From contig JAXLTB010000001.1 of NCBI GenBank assembly GCA_046330295.1, positions 87,207-151,206 of the forward strand: DNA of 64,000 bases. Reading direction: 5' to 3'. Below the pieces are notes generated by a model. It was not told the DNA's origin. It did no database searches and was given only the letters and a program-made list of their open reading frames with translations. The position numbers and the translations under genes are program-made. Below, piece by piece: positions 1-9,455 of this stretch. Every line of letters begins with the position of its first letter. Within the stretch, counting starts at the first letter, position 1. This stretch comes from Solirubrobacterales bacterium (GTDB lineage Bacteria; Actinomycetota; Thermoleophilia; Solirubrobacterales; 70-9).

Positions 1-563
1 GCGCCGCTGCCGATCACCACCACCCGCCTGCCGGCGTAGTCGAGATCCTCGGGCCAGTGCTGGGGGTGGACGACCCGTCCGGAGAAGCGCTCCAGGCCGG
101 GGAACTCGGGCGTGTATCCCTGGTCGTAGCGGTAGTAGCCGCTGCAGACGAAGAGGAAGCCGCAGGTGATGCTGACCGTCTCGCCGGTGTCGGCGCGCTC
201 CGCCTCGACCGTCCAGCGGGTGTCCTCGCTCGACCACTCGGCGCTGATGACGCGGTGGTTGAGGCGGATCCTGGCGTCGATGCCACCCTCGCGGGCGGTT
301 TCGCGGACGTACCTGAGGATCGAGGGACCGTCGGCGATCGCCTGGGCCTCGGTCCAGGGCCGGAAGCGGTAGCCGAGGGTGTGCATGTCGGAGTCCGAGC
401 GGATGCCGGGATAGCGGAACAGGTCCCAGGTGCCGCCGATGTCCGCCCGTGCCTCGAGGATCGCGTAGCTCTTGCCGGGGCAGCGCTGCTGCAGGTGGTG
501 GGCCGCGCCCACGCCGGACAGTCCGGCGCCGACGATCAGCACATCGAGATGCTCAGTTGGCAA
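1..563 (-). CDS. Flavin-containing (Baeyer-Villiger / EthA-type) monooxygenase, N-terminal part; gene runs off the window
   Basis: Not in the ORF track. My translation from TTG 563 (AGGGAG 6 nt upstream) gives PTEHLDVLIVGAGLSGVGAAHHL (GxGxxG), DIGGTWDLFRYPGIRSDSDMHTLGYRFRPW, and GRRVVVIGSGA at the window edge. Confidence 0.75.
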   Translation of the reverse strand, partial: MPTEHLDVLIVGAGLSGVGAAHHLQQRCPGKSYAILEARADIGGTWDLFRYPGIRSDSDMHTLGYRFRPWTEAQAIADGPSILRYVRETAREGGIDARIRLNHRVISAEWSSEDTRWTVEAERADTGETVSITCGFLFVCSGYYRYDQGYTPEFPGLERFSGRVVHPQHWPEDLDYAGRRVVVIGSG

Positions 564-577
564 TCCGGGCTCCCTGG

Positions 578-1762
578 TCAGGTTTGCGCTGGCTCCAGCG
601 CCCGAAAAACTATTCCGGCCCTCTGCAGCCTTGTGAGAAGCATGTCACCCATCGCCACCGCCGTCGTCACCTGGCCCGAGGTCTGCGGCAGCTCGTCGAA
701 GGCGAGGCAGAGGCCCGACTCGGCGAGCATCTTCGAGGTCTCGTCGTAGCCGGGGTCGCCGCCGGAGACCTCGGTGGCAACCCGCTTTGCGCCCCCTTCG
801 CCGACGAAGGTCAGCTTGAACCAGCTCTTCGCGCGATCGGCCTCGCTCGGCCCCTCTCCCGGCTGCTTGATCTTCAGCAGGAGCTTGCGGGTCGGGGGCA
901 GCGGCGCCAGCAGGGCGACCGCTCCCACCCCGAGCGAGAGGGCGGCGATCGTGCTCAGCCGCTTGGCGACCATGTGGTGGCCGTAGGTGAAGTTCGGCCC
1001 ATAGCGCTCCAGCGCCGCGGCCGAGCGGCGGACGACCGTGCCGTCGATGGTCGGCAGCGGCACCACCCAGCCGCCGAGCTCGGGTTCGCGGCGAACGCCG
1101 AAGGGCGCCGAGTGGATCTCGCGACCAGCCACCCGCGGCTCGGAGCGGCGGCGCTCCCGGCCGGCGCCGATCGTCTGGCGGGCGCGGGCGAAGCCGTTGA
1201 TCGCCGAGGCGTAGGTGCCGCCGGAGAAGCTGGCGTTGGTGCGCACGTAACCGTTCACCCTCAGCGGGACGCCCTCGGGCAGCTGCTTCACCGTGAAGTA
1301 GGCGCCGAGGTCGTGCGGGATCGAGTCGAACCCGCAGCAGTGGACGAGCCGCGCCCCGGTCCGCTCCGCCTCGGCGTGGTGCCGGGTCCACATCCGGTCG
1401 ACGAACTCGGGCTCGCCGGTGAGGTCGGCGTAGTCGGTGCCGGCGGCGGCGCAGGCGGCGACGAGCGGCTCCCCGTAGAGGGCGAAGGGGCCGACCGTGG
1501 TGACGACGACCTTCGCCGCCTCGGCGACCTTCGCCAGGGCGGCGCGGTCGAAAGCGTCGGCCTCGAGCAGGTCGGGCGCCGGGACCTCCGAGGAGATCCC
1601 GGCGAGCCGAGACGCGACTGCCTCGAGCTTGGCCCGGTTGCGCCCGACCAGGGCCCAGCGCAGGCCCGGCGGGCCGTTCTCCGCCAGGTAGGTGGCGGTC
1701 AGCCCGCCGGTGAACCCGGTCGCGCCGAACAGCGCCAGGTCATATCGCCGCTCCCCCTCCAC
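578..1762 (-). CDS. Saccharopine dehydrogenase-like NAD(P)-binding reductase (trans-acting enoyl reductase family)
   Basis: 394-aa ORF with a GTG start. N-terminal Rossmann motif LALFGATGFTGGL, then VTTVGPF and CCGFDSIPHDLG typical of this family. Its stop at 578 abuts the RBS of the downstream monooxygenase. Confidence 0.75.
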   Translation of the reverse strand: MEGERRYDLALFGATGFTGGLTATYLAENGPPGLRWALVGRNRAKLEAVASRLAGISSEVPAPDLLEADAFDRAALAKVAEAAKVVVTTVGPFALYGEPLVAACAAAGTDYADLTGEPEFVDRMWTRHHAEAERTGARLVHCCGFDSIPHDLGAYFTVKQLPEGVPLRVNGYVRTNASFSGGTYASAINGFARARQTIGAGRERRRSEPRVAGREIHSAPFGVRREPELGGWVVPLPTIDGTVVRRSAAALERYGPNFTYGHHMVAKRLSTIAALSLGVGAVALLAPLPPTRKLLLKIKQPGEGPSEADRAKSWFKLTFVGEGGAKRVATEVSGGDPGYDETSKMLAESGLCLAFDELPQTSGQVTTAVAMGDMLLTRLQRAGIVFRALEPAQT

Positions 1763-1830
1763 CGCCGATCATTCTCGCACGCCACCTGAGAAAGCCGCCC
1801 TCGGCGGAGCGACACGCTACGGTCCCGGCC

Positions 1831-2949
1831 GTGCCAGTCGAAGTCAGCCCAGCCCGGAGCCGACGCCAAGTTGGTGAGTTCATCGAGTTGCCGTTCCGCC
1901 TGCATGCCGGAACGCCCTGGGTGCCACCGCTGCGCCTCGAGCGGCGGATCTTCCTCAATCGCCGCCTCAACGCCTATTTCAAGCACGGCGAGGCCGAGTA
2001 CTTCCTGGCTCGGCGAGACGGCGAGATCGTCGGCCGGATCAGTGCCCAGATCGACTTCGCCTACAACCGCTTTCACGGAAGCCGCACGGGGATGTTCGGC
2101 TTCCTCGAGTTCGAGGACGACCAAGAGGTGCTCGAGGCGCTGCTTGGCGCGGCGGAGGGGTGGCTGAAGGCGCGGGGCTGCGTCGAGGCGCTGGGGCCGA
2201 TGGACTTCTCTCTCAACGACGAGAGCGGGGTGCTGATCGAGGGCTTCGAGCTCGAACCGCTGATCCGCCAGCCCTGGCACCCGCCCTACTACCAGCAGCG
2301 CTGCGAGGCGGCCGGCCTGACCAAGGCGATGGACCTCTTCTCCTGGGACCTCTCGATAGACGACCGCGAGCAGATGCTGCCGATCCTCTTCGAACTGGCG
2401 GAGAAGGCGGAATCGGAGCATCGGGTCGCGGTGCGGAAGATGTCCCGTCGCGGCCTGCGCCGGGACCTGGACAGGTTCGCAGAGGTCTACAACTCCGCCT
2501 GGTCGACCAACTGGGGCTTCGTTCCCTACTCCAAGCAGGACCTCGACGCCTACGCCCTGGACCTGCAACTCGTCTTCACGCCGGAGTGGTTCATGGTCGC
2601 CGAACGCGACGGGGAGACGATCGCGATGGCGATCACCGTGATGGACATCAACCAGGTGCTGCGCAAGATGAAGGGGCGCCTGCTGCCACTCGGCTGGTGG
2701 CACTTCCTGCGCCGCAACCGGATCTGCGACCGCCTCCGGGTCGGCTTCCTCGGGGTGAAGCCCGAGTACCAGCACACCGGCGTCGCCGCGCTCCTCTACG
2801 TCGAACATTTCAACGCGGCGGCGGCGACCCCGCTGAAGAAGGGCGAGGCGGGCTGGATCCTCGAGAGCAACGAGGCGATGAACCGTGGGCTCGAGGCGAT
2901 GAACGGGCGCCTCGTCAAGCGCTACCGGGTCTACGAGCGCGCCCTCTAG
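1831..2949 (+). CDS. GNAT-like N-acetyltransferase family protein (function unknown)
   Basis: 372-aa ORF with coding-like composition. The C-terminal part (GVKPEYQHTGVAALLY ... ESNEAMNRGLE) resembles an acyl-CoA N-acyltransferase fold. Divergent from the reductase gene. Confidence 0.7.
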   Translation: MPVEVSPARSRRQVGEFIELPFRLHAGTPWVPPLRLERRIFLNRRLNAYFKHGEAEYFLARRDGEIVGRISAQIDFAYNRFHGSRTGMFGFLEFEDDQEVLEALLGAAEGWLKARGCVEALGPMDFSLNDESGVLIEGFELEPLIRQPWHPPYYQQRCEAAGLTKAMDLFSWDLSIDDREQMLPILFELAEKAESEHRVAVRKMSRRGLRRDLDRFAEVYNSAWSTNWGFVPYSKQDLDAYALDLQLVFTPEWFMVAERDGETIAMAITVMDINQVLRKMKGRLLPLGWWHFLRRNRICDRLRVGFLGVKPEYQHTGVAALLYVEHFNAAAATPLKKGEAGWILESNEAMNRGLEAMNGRLVKRYRVYERAL

Positions 2950-2957
2950 CGGCCCGG

Positions 2958-4196
2958 CTAGGGCGCCCGCAGCGCCACCACGCAGTTCTGCCCCCCGAAC
3001 CCGAAGGCGTTGGCGATCGCCGTCTTAACGACGGCCTCCCGGGCCTCGAGGGCGACGTGATCGAGATCGCACTCGGGGTCGGGCGACTCGAGGTTTATCG
3101 TCGGGGGCAGGGCCGAATCGCGCATCGCGAGCAGGCAGACCATCGCCGAGAGCGAGCCTGCGGCGGCGATCAGGTGCCCGACCATCGACTTCGGGGAGCT
3201 GACCGGGACGCGGTCGGTATCCGCGCCGAGGACGGAGCGGATCGCCTTCGTCTCGGAGATGTCGTTGGCGCGGGTGGCGGTGCCGTGGGCGCATATGTAG
3301 TCGAGCTCGGCCGGCTCGATCCCGGCCCGTTCCATCGCCGTGGCGATCGCCAGCGCCGCGAAGCGACCGCTCGGCTCGGGAGCGCTCATGTGGAAGGCGT
3401 CCGCGGTCAGCGCACCGCCCGCGATCCGCCCGTAGGGGACGGCGCCTCGCGCTTCGGCGTGAGCCGCCGACTCGACGACCATCAGCACGGCGCCCTCGCC
3501 GAAGACGAAGCCGTCGCGGTCGGAGTCGAAGGGTCGGGAGGCTCGCCCGGGCTCGTCGTTGCGCTCCGACAGCGGCCCCATGTTGGATAACCCGGCAAAG
3601 ACCGCGGCGTTGATGCCGGCGTCTGCCCCCCCGGCGATCACGACGTCGGCCTCACCGGCGACGATCAACCGCCGGGCCTCGAGCAGAGCGTAGGTTCCCG
3701 TCGCGCAGGCCAGGGCGCTGGCGGTGACCGGACCGTGGGCGCCGAGCTCGATCGCCACCTCGCAGGCTGCCATGTTGGGGATCGTCGAGGCGACGAAGAA
3801 GGGGCTGACCTGGTTCGGGCCCTCCGCGACGAGGGCGAGGACGTTGCGTTCGGTCTCGGGTGTACCCGCCACCGCGGTGCCGACCGCGACTCCGACCCGG
3901 CCGGAGCTCGCGGCCACGTCGAGACCAGCGTCCTGCACCGCCTCGCGGGCCGCGACGATGGCCATCTGCGAGAAGCGGGCGGTGCGGTGGGCGCGCTTGG
4001 GCCCCAGCTCGGCAACCGGGTCGAAACCGCGCACTTCGCCGGCGATGCGGGTCGAGAGCGGCAGGGGGTCGAACGCCGCGATCGGGCCGATGCCCGACTC
4101 GCCGGCGAGCAGCGACCGCCACGTGGTCGGCACGTCGAGTCCGACCGGGGTGATGGCACCAATCCCCGTCACGACCGGGTCCGGAGTGCCGGTCAC
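2958..4196 (-). CDS. fabF: Beta-ketoacyl-ACP synthase II (KAS II)
   Basis: 412 aa. Cys-His-His triad contexts ACATGTYAL, CAHGTATRANDISE and KSMVGHLIAAAG, with a C-terminal NAFGFGGQN. Confidence 0.9.
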   Translation of the reverse strand: MTGTPDPVVTGIGAITPVGLDVPTTWRSLLAGESGIGPIAAFDPLPLSTRIAGEVRGFDPVAELGPKRAHRTARFSQMAIVAAREAVQDAGLDVAASSGRVGVAVGTAVAGTPETERNVLALVAEGPNQVSPFFVASTIPNMAACEVAIELGAHGPVTASALACATGTYALLEARRLIVAGEADVVIAGGADAGINAAVFAGLSNMGPLSERNDEPGRASRPFDSDRDGFVFGEGAVLMVVESAAHAEARGAVPYGRIAGGALTADAFHMSAPEPSGRFAALAIATAMERAGIEPAELDYICAHGTATRANDISETKAIRSVLGADTDRVPVSSPKSMVGHLIAAAGSLSAMVCLLAMRDSALPPTINLESPDPECDLDHVALEAREAVVKTAIANAFGFGGQNCVVALRAP

Positions 4197-4366
4197 GGAA
4201 TCCTGAACCGGCCGGCAAGACGTTGCCTCGCAGTGGGTGCGCCAAGGGCCTCGACGGGCATCGGTCGATCCTATTGGGAAGGGTCTCCACCAGCCGGCGG
4301 GGAACCCGACGATCGGGGGAAGTTCCTCCGGTCCCGGGGACCACGTTCATATACTGCGCCGCGGTC

Positions 4367-7300
4367 GTGCACCTTCACGTGGGCGAAGCGAGGACGCCTC
4401 TTGCCGGGGAGATCTCCATCCCCAGCTCCAAGTACCACGCGCACCGAGCGCTGATCCTGGCATCGCTGGCGCCCGGTACCAGCCACATCATCGGCCCCTC
4501 AGGGGCACAGCACGTGCGCTCGACGATCGATGTCCTGCGCGGTCTCGGCACCGCGATCGACGTAACCGAGGACGGCTTCACGGTGCGCGGAGGCCCTTAC
4601 CGTCCCAATCTGGAGACCGTCTCGGTGGGCTCCTCCGGCACCACCCTGTACTTCATGACAGGACTCGCCTCGCTGGCCGACACGCCGTTCACCCTGACCG
4701 GGCAGAAGTACTTCGAGCGGCGCCCCGTCGGCCCGCTGCTCGAGGCCCTGGAAGCGGTGGGCGTCCGCCTCGAGTCCGCCCGGTCCAGGCCGCCGATCAC
4801 GATCCGACCGTCCCAGCCCGCGGGAGGGCGCGTCAGCATCGCCGGCAAGCTCTCGCAGTGGATCTCGGGGCTGCTCATCCTCGCCCCCTTTGCCACCGGA
4901 CGGACCGTGGTGGAGGTCGAAGGGGAGTTCAACGAGCGCTCCTACGTCGAGCTGACAGTCGAGATGATGCGCCGGTTCGGGCTCGAGGTGGCGGTCTCCG
5001 GCGACTGGCGCCGCTTCGAGATCGAGCCCGGCCAGACGGCCGCCCCGGCAGACATCGTCCTGCCTCCCGACATCGGTTCCGCCGCTTTCGGACTCGCCGC
5101 CACCGCCCTCCACCCCGCCGACGTCCTCTTCCGCGGACTGATTGAGACGGAGGCAGGCCGGGTCGACCATCCCGAGGGCCATTTCATCGCGGTGATGTCC
5201 GAGATGGGCCTACCGATGGAGTTGGACGGCGCAGCGGGCGGTTTGCGGGTTCGGCACGACGGCATCCGGCTGCGGGGAGTCGAGGTGGACTGCCGGACGA
5301 TGCCGGACATGTTGCCGGCGCTCGCGGCGATCGGGCAGTTCGCGGAGGGGGAGACGAGATTCCGCAATATCGAGCATGTCCGCCTCAAGGAGTCCGATCG
5401 GGTCGTCTCGATGCTGCAGCTGAATCGCATGGGCGGAAACGTCGCTATCGAGGACGACCAACTGGTCGTCCGCGGTGTCGAGGACCGGCTGACCGGGGCG
5501 CCGCTCTCGTCCTTCAACGATCACCGTGTCCACATGGCGCTGACCATCGCCGCATCGCGGGCGAGCGGCGTCAGCTCGCTCACCTACCCAAACGCCTACC
5601 GGATCTCCTATCCATCCTTCCTCGACGACATGCGCTCGATCGGGATTCCCATGAGGGTCGGGGAGGCCCTGGAGAGCGACGGTGAGGACGGGCGCGCCCA
5701 CGCGGTGTCCGCGCAGCCGACCGTGGAGTCGGTGGCGATCGACCAGGCTGCGGAGACGCCGATAGTCGACTGGGTGGCCCGCTGGGTTCGCGAGCGCCCG
5801 GCCGATACCGCCGTCGTCGACGTGCGCACGAGCGGCACCCGCGCCTGGAGCTGGCGCGGGCTCGACGAGGCGGCTGATCGCACCGCCGCGCTCCTGCTGG
5901 AGCTCGGCGTGGAGCCCGGCGAGACCGTCGCCTATCAGCTGCCGAACTGGGGTGAGTTCGTGGTCTTGACGCTCGCCGCGATGAAGGTCGGCGCCGTCTG
6001 CTGCCCGCTGATGCCGATCTTCCGCGAGCGCGAGGTCGCGCAGGCGCTCGAGCGCTCGCGGGCGCGGGTGCTGGTCATCCCCGAGCGTTTCCGCGGGCGC
6101 GATCACCTCGGGGAGACGCGGGCCCTGGTCGAGTCCTGCGCGGCCGGGAGCCCCGAGTCCTCGATCCGCCTCGAACACGTCCTCGTGGTCTGTGGCGACG
6201 TCGCACCGGACCTGACCGAGTCGGGCGGGGTCCGCTGGCACGACTTCGCCGCCGCGACGACCACGAGGGCAGTCGACCGCGCAGCGATCGAGGCGCGCAA
6301 GCCGGCGCCAGAGGCGATCGCCCAGCTGCTCTTCACCTCCGGCACCTCCGGCGAGCCGAAGGGGGTGCTGCACCGCTATGACGCGCTCACCCGGGCGGCG
6401 GCCATGCAGCTCGAGCACCTCGGCCTCGGGCGCGACGACCGTATCTTCATCCCCACCCCCCTGGCTCACCAGACCGGTCTGCTCTACGGGATGTGGCTGG
6501 CCTTCATCCTCGGCTCGACGCAGATCCTCCAAGACGTATGGGACCCCGTCCGTGGAGTTCGGACGCTGCGCGAGTGGAACGGGACCTTCGCGCAGGCGGC
6601 GACGCCGTTCCTGGCCGATCTCGTCGAGGTGGTCGAGGAGGGCGAGGCCGCGCCGAGCTCGCTGCGCATCTTCGTCGTCACCGGCGCCGCCGTGCCGCGG
6701 GCGCTGGCGGAGAAGGCGACCCACGTGCTCGACGCCTCGATCTGCGGCGCCTGGGGATCGACGGAGTCCTGCCTCGGCGCCCTCACGGCCCCCGGCGACC
6801 CCCGCGAGAAGGTCTGGGGAACCGACGGCCGAGCACTGGCCGGAACCAGCATCCGCGTCACCAATGACTCCGGGAAGGTCCTCGGCCCGAATCTGGAGGG
6901 TCACTTCGAGGTCCACAGTCGCTGCCTTTTCGAGGGCTACCTCGACCGTCCGGACCTGACCGAGGCGGCGCTCACGCCCGACGGCTGGTATCGCAGCGGC
7001 GACCTCGCGACCATCGACGAGGACGGCTACCTTCGCATCACCGGGCGGGTCAAGGACATCGTCAACCGCGGCGGCGAGAAGGTGCCGGTCGCCGAGATCG
7101 AGCAGCTGCTGCACCGGCATCCGCTGGTCGCCGACGTCGCGATCGTGGCGATGCCCGATCAGCGCCTCGGCGAGCGTGCCTGTGCCTTCGTGGTCCTGCG
7201 CCAGGAGACCTCGCCCGAGGGGTTCGACCTCGTCGCGATGCGCGGCTACCTCGACCTCCACAAGGTCGCCACCCAGTACTGGCCGGAGCGATTGGAGTTG

Positions 7301-7417
7301 ATCGCCGAGCTGCCCAGGACCCCGAGTGGAAAGATCCAGAAGTTCGTTCTGCGCGAGCGGGCAAGGGAGCTCAGGCCCACTCATCCCACCTCGACCGACA
7401 AGGAGCCCGTTTCGTGA
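4367..7417 (+). CDS. Fusion protein: EPSP-synthase-fold domain + adenylate-forming acyl-CoA ligase (AnsJ/AnsK- or PlmJK-like)
   Basis: Frame is open from TTG 4223. GTG 4367 or 4379 sits just before the EPSPS N-terminal motif LAGEISIPSSKYHAHRALILASLA. EPSPS motifs: GSSGTTLYF, RLKESDR, NDHRVHMAL. Ligase motifs: LLFTSGTSGEPKGV, YRSGDL, GRVKDIVNRGGEKV, PRTPSGKIQK. The start is uncertain. Confidence 0.85.
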   Translation: MHLHVGEARTPLAGEISIPSSKYHAHRALILASLAPGTSHIIGPSGAQHVRSTIDVLRGLGTAIDVTEDGFTVRGGPYRPNLETVSVGSSGTTLYFMTGLASLADTPFTLTGQKYFERRPVGPLLEALEAVGVRLESARSRPPITIRPSQPAGGRVSIAGKLSQWISGLLILAPFATGRTVVEVEGEFNERSYVELTVEMMRRFGLEVAVSGDWRRFEIEPGQTAAPADIVLPPDIGSAAFGLAATALHPADVLFRGLIETEAGRVDHPEGHFIAVMSEMGLPMELDGAAGGLRVRHDGIRLRGVEVDCRTMPDMLPALAAIGQFAEGETRFRNIEHVRLKESDRVVSMLQLNRMGGNVAIEDDQLVVRGVEDRLTGAPLSSFNDHRVHMALTIAASRASGVSSLTYPNAYRISYPSFLDDMRSIGIPMRVGEALESDGEDGRAHAVSAQPTVESVAIDQAAETPIVDWVARWVRERPADTAVVDVRTSGTRAWSWRGLDEAADRTAALLLELGVEPGETVAYQLPNWGEFVVLTLAAMKVGAVCCPLMPIFREREVAQALERSRARVLVIPERFRGRDHLGETRALVESCAAGSPESSIRLEHVLVVCGDVAPDLTESGGVRWHDFAAATTTRAVDRAAIEARKPAPEAIAQLLFTSGTSGEPKGVLHRYDALTRAAAMQLEHLGLGRDDRIFIPTPLAHQTGLLYGMWLAFILGSTQILQDVWDPVRGVRTLREWNGTFAQAATPFLADLVEVVEEGEAAPSSLRIFVVTGAAVPRALAEKATHVLDASICGAWGSTESCLGALTAPGDPREKVWGTDGRALAGTSIRVTNDSGKVLGPNLEGHFEVHSRCLFEGYLDRPDLTEAALTPDGWYRSGDLATIDEDGYLRITGRVKDIVNRGGEKVPVAEIEQLLHRHPLVADVAIVAMPDQRLGERACAFVVLRQETSPEGFDLVAMRGYLDLHKVATQYWPERLELIAELPRTPSGKIQKFVLRERARELRPTHPTSTDKEPVS

Positions 7418-8598
7418 CCCAGGCGCCGGCATCGACCCCCGAAGCCCTCGACGAGGTCGAGTTCGCGGCCCTCAAGCAGGAGATCGCGGCCTACGTCGCC
7501 GAGCAGGGAGAGGCATGGACCGCCCGGATCGAGGAGAGCGGAACCGTTCCCGCCGAGCTGCGCGCGGAGCTTCGCGATCGCGGCTACCTCTCGCTCGCCG
7601 GCCCGCGCGAGTACGGCGGGCGCGGCATCCCCTTCGCCCGCTACCTCGAGCTGCTCGAGCTCTTCTCGATGTCCCACGCCTCCCTGCGGATGATCATTCA
7701 CGTCGCCAACGGCGTCTGGCGGGCGGTCGACCAGTACGCGACCGAGGAGCAGCGCCGGCAGTTCGTGCTCCCCGCGGTCACCGGCGAGCTGACAATTGCC
7801 TTCACCCTCACCGAGCCCACCGCGGGCACCGGCGCCGACCTGCGCTGCGCGGTCGAGCGCGAGGGCGACACCTACTACCTCTCGGGCGAGAAGCACCTGA
7901 TCACCTTCGGCGTCAGCTGCGACCGCTGGCTGCTCTTCGCCCGGCTGGCCGGTACCAGCGGCGGCGAGGGCACCGTTGCGCTGCTCGTCGACCGCGAGGT
8001 GCCGAACGTAAGCGTCCGCGAGATGGGACCGTCGCTCGGGGTGCGCGGGACCGATCACGCCCACCTCGTCTTCGACCGGGCGCCGGTCCCCGTCGCCGAC
8101 CGCCTCGGCGAGGAGGGCAACGGCCTCGCGGTGGCCTTCGGCGGCTTCCTCACCCCGAGCCGTATCGCGGTGGCGATGACCTGCGTCGGCCTCGCCCGCC
8201 GGGCGCAGGACCTTGCCGTCGCGCATGCGCTGGAGCGCGTCACCTTCGGCAAGCCGCTGGCCGCCCGGCAGGCCATCTCCTTCGCGCTGGCCGAGAACGC
8301 GGCCGACATCGAAGCCGCGCGGCAGCTGGCCCTGCACGCGGCGGAGGAATGGGAAGGTGGCTCGGCGCAGGCCGGGACGCTCTCCTCGATGGCGAAGCTG
8401 ACCGCGGTCGACATGTTGACCCGGGTCACCGACAAGGCCCTGCAGGCCCATGGCGGGATCGGGTTCTGGGCATCCCAGCCGATCGAGCGGGTGTACAGGG
8501 ATGCCCGCGCCCAGCGCTTCGAGGAGGGCACCAACGAGATCCAGAAGACGATCATCGCCCGCGACGTGCTGACGCCGCCCGCGGGACCGGCCGCATGA
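7414..8598 (+). CDS. Acyl-CoA dehydrogenase (AnsL/PlmL-like position)
   Basis: 394 aa. GTGA start/stop overlap with the upstream gene. Motifs FTLTEPTAGTGADL, GEKHLITFG, QAHGGIGF and RFEEGTNEIQK. Confidence 0.9.
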   Translation: MTQAPASTPEALDEVEFAALKQEIAAYVAEQGEAWTARIEESGTVPAELRAELRDRGYLSLAGPREYGGRGIPFARYLELLELFSMSHASLRMIIHVANGVWRAVDQYATEEQRRQFVLPAVTGELTIAFTLTEPTAGTGADLRCAVEREGDTYYLSGEKHLITFGVSCDRWLLFARLAGTSGGEGTVALLVDREVPNVSVREMGPSLGVRGTDHAHLVFDRAPVPVADRLGEEGNGLAVAFGGFLTPSRIAVAMTCVGLARRAQDLAVAHALERVTFGKPLAARQAISFALAENAADIEAARQLALHAAEEWEGGSAQAGTLSSMAKLTAVDMLTRVTDKALQAHGGIGFWASQPIERVYRDARAQRFEEGTNEIQKTIIARDVLTPPAGPAA

Positions 8599-9455
8599 GC
8601 GAAGGATTCGCCACCGACCGCGTCGCTCTGATCACCGGCAGCTCGCGCGGGATCGGGCGCTCCCTGGCTCTGTCCCTGGCCGCGCAGGGCGCCTCGATAG
8701 TCGTCAACTACAAGCGCAACCGGGAGCTCGCGGACTCGGTGGTGCGATCGGTCGAGGAGGCCGGTGGACAGAGCATCGCCGTGCAGGCCGATATGGAGAA
8801 GCCGGACGACATCGATCGGCTGTTCGAGTCCGCGGCGGAGAGGTTCGACCGGCTCGACTACTTCGTCAGCAACGCCGCGGCCAGCGCCTTCAAGTCGATC
8901 GCCGACCTGAAGCTGCACCACCTCGACCGCTCCTACGCGATGAACGTCCGCGCCTTCGTGCTCGGTGCCCAGCGCGCGGTCGAGCTGATGCCCGACGGCG
9001 GGCGGATCGTCGCGCTATCCAGCTACGGCTCGATCCGCGCCTATCCGACCTATGCGAATCTCGGCGCCGCCAAGGCCGCAGTCGAGGCCTGGGTCCGCTA
9101 CATGGCGATCGAGTTCGCGCCGCTGGGGATCAACGTCAACGCCGTCAACGGCGGGATCATCGACTCCGATTCCTCGGCCTACTTCTACGACGTCGAGGGC
9201 ATGCCCTCGCTGGAGACCGTCCTGCCGAAGGTGCCGAAGGCGCGGATGGGGACGGTCCAGGAGGTGGCCGATGTCGTCGAGTTCCTGCTCGAACCCCGCT
9301 CGGAGTACATCACCGGCCAGTCACTGGTCGTCGACGGCGGGCTCAGCATCGTCGCGCCGCCGTTCTTCGACGACGCCACCGGCCCGCTGCGGCTTCCCGC
9401 TCGAAACGGCGGCGAGGAGGCCGGTGCGGGCGCGGGCGCCGCGTCCGATGGCTGA
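8595..9455 (+). CDS. Short-chain dehydrogenase/reductase, candidate 1-cyclohexenylcarbonyl-CoA reductase (ChcA-like position)
   Basis: ATGA overlap with the ACAD stop. ALITGSSRGIGRSLA (TGxxxGIG), NAAAS, SSYGS...YxxxK (YANLGAAKAA). 286 aa. The longer track ORF from 7326 is an out-of-frame read-through artefact. Confidence 0.85.
   Translation: MSEGFATDRVALITGSSRGIGRSLALSLAAQGASIVVNYKRNRELADSVVRSVEEAGGQSIAVQADMEKPDDIDRLFESAAERFDRLDYFVSNAAASAFKSIADLKLHHLDRSYAMNVRAFVLGAQRAVELMPDGGRIVALSSYGSIRAYPTYANLGAAKAAVEAWVRYMAIEFAPLGINVNAVNGGIIDSDSSAYFYDVEGMPSLETVLPKVPKARMGTVQEVADVVEFLLEPRSEYITGQSLVVDGGLSIVAPPFFDDATGPLRLPARNGGEEAGAGAGAASDG

Noticed and set aside
5210-7432. 740-aa minus-strand ORF antisense to the EPSPS-like/ligase fusion. 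Similar long antisense or out-of-frame ORFs occur at 55337-59059 (+), 43664-45958 (+), 43774-45621 (+), 40492-42387 (-), 56646-58766 (-), 19014-20474 (-) and 32551-34194 (+).
   Set aside because: This is a typical high-GC artefact. The translations are dominated by Arg/Gly/Pro/Ala/Asp with no recognisable motifs, and each overlaps a gene with clear family signatures on the other strand or frame.
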